A stretch of 64,000 bases of DNA from Takakia lepidozioides (lineage: Eukaryota; Plantae; Bryophyta), in contig CM060733.1 in NCBI GenBank assembly GCA_030704615.1, positions 58,590,001-58,654,000 on the forward strand, read 5' to 3'. Both the position numbers and the translations under genes were made by a program. A model generated the notes under the pieces. It searched no databases. It was not told where the DNA came from and saw nothing but the letters and a program-made list of their open reading frames with translations. Below are positions 13,413 to 24,064 of the stretch, piece by piece (position 1 is the first letter of the stretch; every line of letters starts with the position of its first letter).

Positions 13413-14849
13413 TATAAATACAATATAGGGCTTTTGGAGGATTTTCAAGGGCCTTTTGAAATCTAGGGCAGAGAATTTATTATAATGCCAAAAAATTTGG
13501 ACAAGGCACTATGAAATGTTAGTGTACACTTACTTACGAGAGGAATTAGAAATGATAAAGGATAAAGTTTCTTTAACCCTTAAACGACCACGCGACCTGA
13601 GTCGCGTGGTTTTAAAAATTAATGTCGTAACTGATGTGGATGATGGATGAACATGCATTCTGAATGAAAAATTTAGGCGCCCTTGTCCTGTACATGCTCC
13701 AACAAATGCCACAGGAAAACCATAAATGCCCTACAACGGTACGATTTTTTAAGTGTCAGGGGTACCATAATAAGCTTGAAAAATCATCCATTTATTGATC
13801 AATAACAGAGATCGTACCTGAGGGAGGCGTCACCTCCTCTCCTTTGTGGAAAACTACTTCATGCAGTGCCTCCAGGTAGCATCTCCCTTAGGTAACATCC
13901 CTCTTATTGAACAATTTATGAAAATGGATGAAATTTCAAGTTTGTTATGGATGAAAGTAGATTTCGCTATTCACAAAGAGGAGCCACACTAGACTAGCCG
14001 CTTGTTCTAAAGAGAGGTGCCGAAAGAAGGGAAGTGCAAGCCTTTGAAATAACGATTAATCTATGGATTCATAAATTGTGATATTATATTTTTCTCAAAA
14101 AACCATTATATTACATATTTATAGTTACAAGAAGTTGGCTGAGTTGTGTTATTTGAAATTGTATAATACCTTTTTTAAGAATAATGATAATAATAATAAC
14201 AATACCTAATAAATAAATGTAATTTAAATAAATATACAAATAAAAAATCTAACAAAAAGTATAACACATTAGTTAATCAAAGATATTGATGTCTACATAT
14301 GTGATATTAAAAATATAAATAAAAACAATATGTTTTTCTTACCCTTTATTTAAGTATTGAAAGTCTAAAATGGTAGAAAAAGAAGTAATTTGTTATAATT
14401 ATTATTTTTAATTATACATATTATTTCTATATTGATAAATATATATTTACATTTGTAATATTTGAAGGGCTATAAAAAACAAATATTATAATTTTTCTAT
14501 TTCTTCAAATTTTATAAATTGTGGCATCTTTTGATATCACCTCATTGGCCACTTCTATATACCATATAGACCAAAACTTTTGTTGGTCATGCTAGCCCAC
14601 TTGAAACTAGCCCAAGCACCAGACAATGTTTTAGATTTAAACAAATCTTAATGAATAACACGAATGTTGACTAAAGATGACCTAATTCCTGAAAATTCCA
14701 GCAAAAAACTTTCAAGGCTCTTCTCATGTTGTTTGTAAGAAGATCAAAATTTCATTGAACAAAAATCAATACAAAAATACATGGGGAAATATCTTTCTAC
14801 AAATCCCAATCTATTTACGGGACCTCCATGTAACTTCCAAAGGGCCCTA

Positions 14850-16960
14850 CATGGACTGACAATGTCATCAAATTCATCTTCATCACTAATCATCATGATC
14901 TCTCCATCTACCTCGTCCACCACATTGAGATCAAGGATATCCTCATTTTCAATGTGCAGATTTGCAAGACATCTACACATAGTTTCCTCTACGCTAAGGT
15001 CAAGATAGATATCAGGTACATCCTGAGTGACTTTAGCATTCCCATCCACCAAATCATCATTCACTGCAAGCAAATTGGTTACAAAACCTGCTCGCATATG
15101 CCATAGCCTCATCCTAAAAAGTGTGCTCAAAAGCCCGTAAAATCCCACATTGTTCCCACCCAGAGACAATCATGTTCGTATGCACATTCATCTACACCCA
15201 AGCCTCCCACATCCAAATTACTACATGTTCACGTATGGAAGGCAGGTCCATCTTTACCTCTACCTCTTCAGCGGACACACCTTGTCGCGGCCCTTTGCCT
15301 TGAGGGCAAGGGGGGTCGGGACACAAGAGGGGCTACCCCTGTGGTGGGGGCAGTGGCAATGATAGGTATGGGGGGCTGAAGCACCCTTGAGTGCCCAAGG
15401 CACTCAAGGAGGCGGAGGCGCTCACTAGGTGGAGCCCCGCACACCGGGTTGCGGTGGGGGTGGCTCCACAAGGGGTGGTGGTAGCTTAGCGGGACTTAGT
15501 GGGGGTGGCATATGACTCACCCTGGGGCGGAGACCTCGTGGTGGGAGTCGTGGGGAGTCTTGGGACTCATCACGGTGGGACCGTGGTGGGTGGGCCAAGA
15601 CTCACCGCAACTCATCACCGGGAGTCGAGGGTGTTCGTGGTGGTTCGCCATAAAATGGCATGGTTGTTTGTGAAACCCCCGCGGACAGCTACCGAAGTAT
15701 ATATAGGGAGTAGTAACCCCGAGAACGGTGCAAGCCCGTTGGTGACCAAAAACTAGTGAGTAAGCGAGCGAGCCGGAAAGCGACCAAATAGTGGGGAGCT
15801 GTTCCGGACTGCCAACTACCAAAGGGAATTCCGCTGGTTCCAAATCGTTGGAGAGTTCTTTGGGAGATCAAAGGGGGACCGTTATGCCCCGGTGAGCAGC
15901 CGGAGCTCCAAGTTGGCCCGGCGGCCAGGTTGGGAGTTAGGCGCGCGCATCAAGCAAGTAACTATGACTTGAGGGGGGGGAGCTTACCGAAGTGAGGTGC
16001 GCGACACACCTGCTTCCAATTGCTCTTGGATTTCACGTGCTAACTATGTCTTGATTAATGCAGCAAAAACACACTTGAGAGGTCGTTGCAAGATCACATT
16101 GGCAGGTTGTAGCTTAGAAGTGCAATACAATAATATATAGGACACAAATGTTTGGGTAATTATCTCGCATGCACATTTTAAACTCTGCAGACTTGTGCAT
16201 GCTCCCACAATCAATGAGCCAAATGACCTTCTGGTCTGAAGATAGACCAAGAAGTTGTGTTTCCAGCATCACATAAGGCATCAGAACAAACTCCACAAAC
16301 TGCTGACAAGTGTTTTGATTAGACCATTGATTGTCAAAGATGATCCAATGCCAGTCATGCTTGAGAAGTCGACGAGTCTCTGGACCCTTGGGTAAAGATT
16401 GAACAGTCTTTCCTTTGAATACAATCTGAAAATGGATCAAATTTCCAGCGGTAGAGGAAGAAACACAAACTGTTACAACTCGTTTATTTTCCACACCAAT
16501 TTGGGCAATGTCTTTCTTCCCACGTCTCTCCCAGGTTCTCTCTCCTGCCATAGGAAGAAGATGTATCCACGTTTGCTCAGTGTTTATAACCAAGCTGGGC
16601 GGAATATTATATACCTTAACAAGGTATGCAATACGATGGGCTATTGTTGTCCTCTGTGCCTCCCAATCGTTTGGAACCTTGCCGTGGGCTGTACTTGCTC
16701 TCCGATAGCTCCAATTCAAATGCTTGTGCATGAAATGTGGGGTCCATTGAAGGCTTAGTGTCAACCTTTTTGCATATCCTTCCATATCCTACACATGAGG
16801 CGCTTTTGTTTGTAGATAACCTAGAATGATAGGTTGTACAATGCCGACATTCAATGACTGACCTGCCACTCGCATTGCAAGCAAGAGCTTGCAAATGTCA
16901 TCCAAATTGGGTTTATCCAATATTTCCATGAGGTCCCGCAGTGGATACCTTGCTCTGATT
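14850..16960 (-). mobile_element. pogo/Tigger-like (DDE_1) transposase pseudogene interrupted by a solo LTR
   Basis: ORF 16114-16785 has RRASTA, YNIPPSLVIN.EQT, KR.VTVCV, QIVFKGKT, WSN and LIDCGSMH, then CTSKLQPANV. It resumes below the LTR as GVSAEEV..WMWEAW..IVSGWEQCGI. Confidence 0.8.
15283..16006 (+). mobile_element. Solo LTR of the chromovirus family, 5-bp TSD CACCT
   Basis: TGTCGCG...CGCGACA; CACCT at 15278-15282 and 16007-16011; inverted homologue of 4419-5139. Confidence 0.95.
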
Positions 16961-17923
16961 CCAACCAGACGGGTTAACAAACTAGGGACCAAACTCATGC
17001 AAAGGAAAAATAAAAAACACGGGATGAAACTAGTTTTTTCACCAAAACTGGGGGTCAAACTGGTTTCATACCCAGTTTGGGTTTTGCCGAGTTGCACGCC
17101 CCGTGACACCGAGCGACCTGCGAGATCATGTCAAGGAGTAGGGTTCATGCCCAAATTGACAAACTTGTGCCCAATTTTGCTGACTTTACGTTTTCACTCA
17201 AAGTGGGAACAAAACACGAGTTAGAGGTCCAAACTGGGCCTGACTTTAAGGATAACTTAATATGTAGCCCAAGTTGCATTTCAAAAAAATTCAGCTAGTA
17301 AGAAGATGGCATGACCAAGTGGAGGGTGGAAAAGGAGGGGATGGGCAATGAGAGGATGAGAGAAAATAGGGGTCTTGACGAATGGAAAGGTGGGCCCGGG
17401 CTGGAAGGACACCTAGAAAGATAGGGGAGAGACAATGTTTAATTTATGAAAGGTGAAGGAATAGGCGCACCAATGGAACAGCCAATGGTGGGCTCCGATT
17501 AGAGTTTCTGGGGGTGCAATTACTAGACACGTGTCAAATAGTGGGGTGGGACACGTGTGGGATCTTCTCACGTTTCTCAAACCATATCTTCACATTAGGC
17601 ATCTTCATGCTGTAAGTTTTTTGAATTAAACACATGAAAAGAGAAAAAAATGATTTTCTTAAGAATAATATTAAAAAATAAATACCAATGCCCATGGGCC
17701 CTTGTCCCCTGCCAATAGGCCAGCTCGATTCTCCTCCACTCTTGCACCCAGCCGGGCCCCGCCTCATGAGTCCCGACTCCATTAGGTTTTTGTACCTTCA
17801 CCTTCTAGGTGTGCAGCAGTCCATGAGCGAATACTGTGTTCGGCCCGCCATCATCACGTACAGCCTCCATCATCGCAAACGGCTCGCACACCCAGGTGCT
17901 TATTCTGTTTTTTAAGTTGTATG

Positions 17924-19832
17924 GAGAGAGAAGATATACATGTCATGTCAAGACATGGACAAGACCACTAAAGTCATTGTCATTGAAAGACAAAGCAACC
18001 CTTTACAGGGCATCATCTAACAACCCCTTTTACCAACTCATTTGAACATCTTATAACTTTTCAGGGTATCTGAAAAAACAGGGTGGGAGGGCGGGATTCC
18101 TGGTCATTCATATCCTGAAAGCCCCATAAGTTGACATAAAGCATTCATTTTTTTGTTGTGACATGGGTCAAGCCTTACATAATCTAGTTCTTGAGCCATT
18201 CATCTTCCTAAAACAACATCCTGTGTAGGCGTGAAACTGATCTGTCAGTGCCAAGACACATGCAAGATTCATAAAGTAGAAGCGGGGCTAAGTTTTTATC
18301 AAGTATATGTAAGCCTGGATAATCATTCCAGGACTTCAAGATCAAAACTCTGCCATAGTATAAGGTAGGAAGCGCACAGCATCTACCAGCAAGCAGTTCT
18401 TGAAAACCAAAATACTGATGGGGTCAGGTCTGAAGGTGCTTCAGTGCCAAGTCATAAGCCAGATTTCTAACAAAACAAAACATAGGGCTGAGTACCCTTA
18501 AGTAGATATGGGCCTGAAGTGGTATTCCAGGGCCTCATAACAAGCTCTGCTAGTTAAAGAAATGAACTCAGAAACCATTGTCCCTATCATGCAATGAAAT
18601 AGTGGTGATATAAGAGCCTTGAAGAATGTTTGTTATCACAAGGTCTATCTTCTGATCCATCAGAGCCAGGCCATGGTGTTTCATTTCAGAGCTTAGTTTC
18701 CATGCTGCCAGAGCTATAGTCGCAGCCATGTACCTTTGTTAAAAACATCCAGAGCTTTCAACAGAGATTTTGTTTCTATGAAGTCCCTTGTGTGTCTTAA
18801 CTCCAAAATGTATAAAAGTGGTTATCAAGAACCAAAAACAGGGATAAGGAGTAAGAAGGTGATCCTCATTAGAGCAGACTTGAAGCCGATTTGAGGCAGC
18901 AAGATGGCAGATTTGAAAACAACAGTTGGTATCAGCAGCTTCAGGCGGTAACAGCAATCCCTTATGCATGAATCAGACTCTGCAAGCTTCAATAATTCAA
19001 GACAAGTGAAGACCCTCACCTGTGCCCGTCCCAAAAACCACCACATAGAGATGTGTGTTAGTGAGGATGCATCAGGTGAGTGGCAGGTTTTCACAGTTGC
19101 TATCCATGTCAGTGTTGAATTCCAAAGCATGTACAAATCGTAATCCAAGCAAGGGTACACTCAAAAGAAACCTTGAGCGTTTGCGGTATGCCCTGCGCCA
19201 TGGCGTCCAGTAGATGTCTCCAGCAGAACGCAATCAAAGTAGATAGAGATCAGCTCATACAGAAAGAGAGCAACATGTAATCTGTGGCTAAGTAGGGGTG
19301 GAGTACTTCCCAACGAGGAGTAAGAGCGCCGCTGCGAATTTAACAGAATCATAAATTTCTGAGCAGAGCGATCACTGCAATGTCGACTGCCAGAGAAGAA
19401 TCTGTCTATCTGCCATTGCGCATCCCAAAAGCCAGCCATCACGAGTACCATGTAGCCGCAAGGGAGCAGGTTTACACGGCGCATCATCAAGGATCATAGA
19501 AGCACGAGTTCAGTGCTGTGAAATATGTCGGCCCGTTTAGGGCACATCTTCCCGATTTTTCATCCAGGGTGGATGAAAAATCACATTTTTAAGAGATGCA
19601 CTTTGTTAATGGATGATATCCCATAAAAAGGTATCTTAGGGTTACGGTATAGGCTTAGGTTTAGTAACTGCCATCATTAATGATGGTACAGATTACTACC
19701 TCTTGGATTTTTAGAATAGGTCACCAGTATTCATGTATTTCATCCAGTTTAGATGAAAGAAGCAAATAGTAAATATCAGGGCCAAATGAAATCCAAAAAG
19801 TTATAGAGGGAGAGGGAGAGAGGGAGAGAGAG
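17924..19832 (-). repeat. 3' terminal direct repeat (pseudo-LTR)
   Basis: On +, runs GAGAGAGAAGATATAC...TTATAGAGGGAGAGGGAGAGAGGGAGAGAGAG. Matches 24065-25973 apart from about six single-base indels found by eye. Confidence 0.95.
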
Positions 19833-20096
19833 GGACCCACCAGCCAATCCCCTGGCATGGCATAACCTTACGGAATGAGTGTGGTATGCACTCACCCCGT
19901 AAGGGAGTGCATACCAGACCTCTTCTCATAAGGTTTCCCTCTTCCATGTAGTTCTATCATCGGATTATATTATCCAAGGGAGTAGAATCCTACATCCTCA
20001 TTTCCTCGGCTCATGAATGAAACATTAGTATAAAAATGTGACATAGCAAAACTAGTATAGTATTACTAGCAAAGAACATAGAGTTCAATGGTATAC

Positions 20097-22319
20097 TTAG
20101 CTCTGGATAGGTTTTTGGAAAATACCTTTCAGTTTCTCAATAAGCTCATGTACAGGGAAGAACAAGCCAGGGAATGAGCCTTGTTCAAGGAACCTTGTCA
20201 AGATACGAGCAAGTTTCCTGGTCTTAAAACCATTCCTCCCAAGAGTGTTAATCAGAATGCTGCATTCCTTCCAAGCCAAAACAGCATTGCTGGAAATGTA
20301 TAGAATAGGCACAGCTTGTGAAATCACAATGTTGTAGGATTGATTCACAGGCCTATTGGATAAGAACTGGATATATTGAGTGTAAGAGAAAGGAAGTAGT
20401 CTTCTCTTGTCATATTTCTGGAAATAGAACTCACCTGTGTCACTGTTTGAGACTGTAATCTGGATATTCATGAAACAAGCTTCCAACCCCACGTATTGGG
20501 AATCAGTTTTGGTACGTAGTAGCTCAGGTTTGATCTCCACTACATTGAGTGGGTAGATCCACCAAGGGTTGTTGCTGCTTCTGTCTGCCTTTGGGTCCAG
20601 GAACAGCATTGCATCACCCACATTCAGCCAGCATATATCATCAATGTATCTGAAGGCAGATTTAAACAAAGGCATGAGCTGGAATTGTCCCAAAGCTGCA
20701 AGCCTTAAGATGAATTTGATCTCGTAAGAAAGGAAGTACATGTTGCACCATAATGGTGAGCATGAAAAACCCATAGGTATTCCAGAAATCTGCTGCCACA
20801 CACGGTCCCCTAAGGCAACAAAACAGTGTGACATAAGCCATTTGTGGAGCATAAGTAACTTGGCTTCAGAAAGCTCAATCCAAGTACCTGATTTCGGGGA
20901 GGACGTGCCCCACCTACTTTTCCGGAAAGTACCGTTTTTGGCTGGAATCCATAGAGTATGACGTGCCCGGGGGTGAGACATATGGTGTTGTTGGAATGCA
21001 ATCTTCACCACGTATTCAATGGCGTCCCCTAGGTTATCCTGACCTGTCAAAGGTATGTTCTCATAGCATTGTGTAATGTCAGCCACAAAGATGTTATGGA
21101 CTTTTGCAGGCAGGTTTAGTGTAAAGTCAGTGATGGAATCAATAATCCAATACATAGCAGTAGATACTTTGAAAAATTGCTCATAAGTATCCAGCCTTGT
21201 TTTGGTCCATTCTTTTACCAATGGTAGAAGATCCATGGTAGCTCTTGTAAAGAGGCTAGCTAGTTCACTGAAAACACATTTGTGGGCATTGGTAATCCAT
21301 CTGTATTTTTTCTTATGTAGCTTGTAGATTCCCATAATGTAAGGTAGTCTACAGGAGGGAACAGGTATCTCCGGAATCAAACTCTGTATTTCCACGGAAA
21401 TGTTTCCTAGAACAAGGTCAGGTGGCAGCCATACCTCATCTTGCTTGCATGGTGTAAAGTCTTTACCCATCAATCTGTGGAATGCTTGGATTCTTACGTG
21501 CTTCACACACATAAAACATACATTGTTGTTAGCCTTGTCAAGACCAGAGAAATACAGGTGATTGAGAAGCCATGAAAGTTCGTCTTTTGCCTCTTTTACA
21601 GTAAGAGGATTGCGCTCATGGTGAGTGAAGTCATACCTTCTTCTGCCGGCTTTTTGTTTCAGTCTATCCCAGCATGTGTTTTTTACCCATTGGTTGCAGG
21701 TTGCAGCCCAAGATTCACATGGGTCTATATGCAAAATTTCACAGGTTCTGTGGAAAGCCAAAGACACTTGTTCAACAACGTCTTTTAGTAAAGTACGTTT
21801 GAGAGGGATGTGATTCATACCTAGGCTGAATAATTCTTTCAGCTTTGCGTGTTTAATAATGTTCAGGTCCATGGTACGTACGTGTTGCGTAGGTGTAGAA
21901 CCAGACAGATGGAATTCTGATTTTGTATCCACATCCCGAAAATCATGAAACCTCTTGGCACTGTCACATAGACAATCTGGTGAGTGAATCAAGTCTTGCA
22001 TAAAGCAAAAATCACGGAAAACAACAGCAGGCTGATAGTATTCAGAACTGCTTTGTTTATGATATGTCCATCCAAAAACTATCTCATCGATGAGAATAGC
22101 TAAGTCATTTTGCCCAAATTCCAGAAAGGCTTCTTTTATCAGGTTCTTAGGGTGTATCCACTCCATACCACGGTTTGGGTATAACATATGAATGAATCCC
22201 AAAGGAGCAGGTTTTGCTGCCTGTTTTATGAATTTCCTGCCATGGGCATGAGTTTCAATTTGTTTGCAACCATCCTCAAAGACATATAACGCATCTGCAC
22301 ATACAAAGTAGAGGAACAT
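20097..22319 (-). CDS. Penelope-like reverse transcriptase (Naiad/Chlamys-type), 740 aa, no GIY-YIG domain
   Basis: CLC...HVRTMDLNII, DKANNNVCFMC, LPYIMGIYKLHK, ADITQCYENIP (motif A), QISGIPMGFSCSPLWCNMYFLSYE (B), FRYIDD (C), YDKR..PF...SNRP (PLE thumb). The ORF ends shortly after the thumb. Confidence 0.9.
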   Translation of the reverse strand: MFLYFVCADALYVFEDGCKQIETHAHGRKFIKQAAKPAPLGFIHMLYPNRGMEWIHPKNLIKEAFLEFGQNDLAILIDEIVFGWTYHKQSSSEYYQPAVVFRDFCFMQDLIHSPDCLCDSAKRFHDFRDVDTKSEFHLSGSTPTQHVRTMDLNIIKHAKLKELFSLGMNHIPLKRTLLKDVVEQVSLAFHRTCEILHIDPCESWAATCNQWVKNTCWDRLKQKAGRRRYDFTHHERNPLTVKEAKDELSWLLNHLYFSGLDKANNNVCFMCVKHVRIQAFHRLMGKDFTPCKQDEVWLPPDLVLGNISVEIQSLIPEIPVPSCRLPYIMGIYKLHKKKYRWITNAHKCVFSELASLFTRATMDLLPLVKEWTKTRLDTYEQFFKVSTAMYWIIDSITDFTLNLPAKVHNIFVADITQCYENIPLTGQDNLGDAIEYVVKIAFQQHHMSHPRARHTLWIPAKNGTFRKSRWGTSSPKSGTWIELSEAKLLMLHKWLMSHCFVALGDRVWQQISGIPMGFSCSPLWCNMYFLSYEIKFILRLAALGQFQLMPLFKSAFRYIDDICWLNVGDAMLFLDPKADRSSNNPWWIYPLNVVEIKPELLRTKTDSQYVGLEACFMNIQITVSNSDTGEFYFQKYDKRRLLPFSYTQYIQFLSNRPVNQSYNIVISQAVPILYISSNAVLAWKECSILINTLGRNGFKTRKLARILTRFLEQGSFPGLFFPVHELIEKLKGIFQKPIQS

Positions 22320-22336
22320 ACCAAAAAATGAGATTT

Positions 22337-23815
22337 TTACAGATCATTCCAAGATCCAAAGTCTCGTTTGTGTATTGGGGAGAACTCGTCAGTGATACGA
22401 CGAGTCTTGTATGACTCCTGGCTGGCGATGTTGATGGTGGTACTGGAATTAGCACCCGAACCCCCAGTTGAGGACCGATTCGTTGCTCTTGAATTCTCAG
22501 AGGTGTTGGTAGAGTAATGTCCCCTGCCAGAGCGTCCTCCTCTTTGGTAGAGACCTCTTCCACGACCAGGGGTACCTCTTCCCCGGGCAGTGCTGCTCTT
22601 GCCTTGTTGAGGAGGCATCTGCCCCTCCATACGCTGCCGTTTGTAGCTATTGAATTGTGGCCTGGGAAGGCTGTCTGAAAAAGACCCAGGTTTCACGAGT
22701 TTCTCAATGTATCTGGCCCCCTTGGATTCTCCTAACTTCGCAAGCAGCTTGGCTTGTGGGTCATTTGAGAATTCACAGGCTGCTTCCATTATGAACCCTC
22801 GGGTCATCTGGAAAGTAATTTGTGCCAGTACAGCAGATCTGGCAGCCCGCATGATCCATACCAGAAAATTGTAATACTTGGTTTGCACCGAAGGATAGGT
22901 ATCATCAGGGAAGAACACAATCAGATTGTTCAGCATATACCAAACCATATGGTCAAACCAAGCAACACTCCCAATGCAAGAAGAAGGTGCCCCTCCTTGT
23001 CCACAGTTGCATCTTATGTAAGGACGATGCCAATTGAAGAGTTGACTCTTATGGTTCTTGGATCTGGCTGATCCAGTCGGCAAATCATTTTTGGTCCTCA
23101 AGGTAAGGTTCTCACCTTTGTCATAGAGCTTGTAGTAGAAGGTCCTTAGTGGCCACGCCACGGCAATAGGTTCCTTTTTTATTCTCTGAAGACCCTCCTT
23201 AGCATCCTGTGCACATCTACTGCGTTCAGCAGGAGTTATGTTGCCCCATTTGACCCACATTTCAATGGAAATGGGTGCCAATAGGTTGATATTAGCATGT
23301 GGATGCCACATCATATGATCGTTATTGGCAACCTCTAATTCAACTGCACGGGGAGGCAACCAAGGGACAAATTGCAGATTTCCAGGAGTGGCACCTGCTG
23401 CTCTTTCTTGTTCCACTTGTGAGAGTTCTACTTGTTCACAGAATTCTCTCACTGCCTCTTTTTCTTCATCCGGTAAAATTATGTGCCCAAGGATTGGGTG
23501 ATTACTTACAGAAGGGATGAAGTCTTTTTCAGAGGTGTTTGCAGATTTCTGCGTGGAGACAGTCTGGTCATCGTCCGGGTTCGCCATTCTAAGAGCAGCC
23601 TCAATGGCTGATCCCTTCTTTTCCCATTGTATCAGCTCCTCGGCATCATCTTCCAGTACCTCAATCATTTTAGTATTGAACTCCTGGAGCTTCTCCAGGT
23701 ACCTGCCATTCTTATTTGCCATGATGCCAAGTGCAACCCAATTTTCCAAAGCCAAAGTCTCAAGTAGTAATACGGGATTTTCATCACCTGAATTTTCCAA
23801 GGCCTCAGTGTCCAT
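22337..23815 (-). CDS. ORF1 of the Penelope-like element, unknown protein (>=492 aa) with RG/RGG-rich C-terminus
   Basis: Long intact ORF ending 17 nt before the RT ATG. Acidic helical N-terminus, Trp/Cys/His-containing core, RGRGTPGRGRGLYQRGGRSGRG tail. The frame stays open upstream to a splice-acceptor-like site at 23957. Confidence 0.8.
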   Translation of the reverse strand: MDTEALENSGDENPVLLLETLALENWVALGIMANKNGRYLEKLQEFNTKMIEVLEDDAEELIQWEKKGSAIEAALRMANPDDDQTVSTQKSANTSEKDFIPSVSNHPILGHIILPDEEKEAVREFCEQVELSQVEQERAAGATPGNLQFVPWLPPRAVELEVANNDHMMWHPHANINLLAPISIEMWVKWGNITPAERSRCAQDAKEGLQRIKKEPIAVAWPLRTFYYKLYDKGENLTLRTKNDLPTGSARSKNHKSQLFNWHRPYIRCNCGQGGAPSSCIGSVAWFDHMVWYMLNNLIVFFPDDTYPSVQTKYYNFLVWIMRAARSAVLAQITFQMTRGFIMEAACEFSNDPQAKLLAKLGESKGARYIEKLVKPGSFSDSLPRPQFNSYKRQRMEGQMPPQQGKSSTARGRGTPGRGRGLYQRGGRSGRGHYSTNTSENSRATNRSSTGGSGANSSTTINIASQESYKTRRITDEFSPIHKRDFGSWNDL

Positions 23816-24064
23816 CTTTTGTAATGTAGCATGGAAGTCACTTGGTGTGACTTGTGTGAGGGTTGCTTGTACAGCAGGAATTGGAGGAGGTAGAGGGGAC
23901 TGATACCCCAGAGCTACGAGGTCCTCATTCCATCTAGGGTCTCCTTTGGTGACCTTCTGTCAAAGTCCCCCCGAAAAAACTTGTCAGTGCATCATAATGA
24001 GAAGGTGAAAAGGAGATGGGTAGATGATGTGTACAAATACCACTAAGTACATTGGTCAAATAAA

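Noticed and set aside
19161-19490. 109-aa ORF (also 25302-25631) and neighbouring short ORFs in the repeat as genes
   Set aside because: No recognisable motifs; the duplication simply reflects the repeat, and adjacent ORFs are broken by indels in the other copy.
19864-19935. SECIS element, as in selenoprotein-encoding Naiads
   Set aside because: ATGA is present but there is no opposing GA quartet or apical AA, and the RT has no in-frame TGA.
17924-20096. Hammerhead ribozyme in the repeat or 3' UTR
   Set aside because: No CTGANGA...GAAA core with proper stems found by eye; the nearest, TTGATGA..GTAAAC on - near 19470-19490, lacks GAAA. An Infernal scan is still worthwhile.
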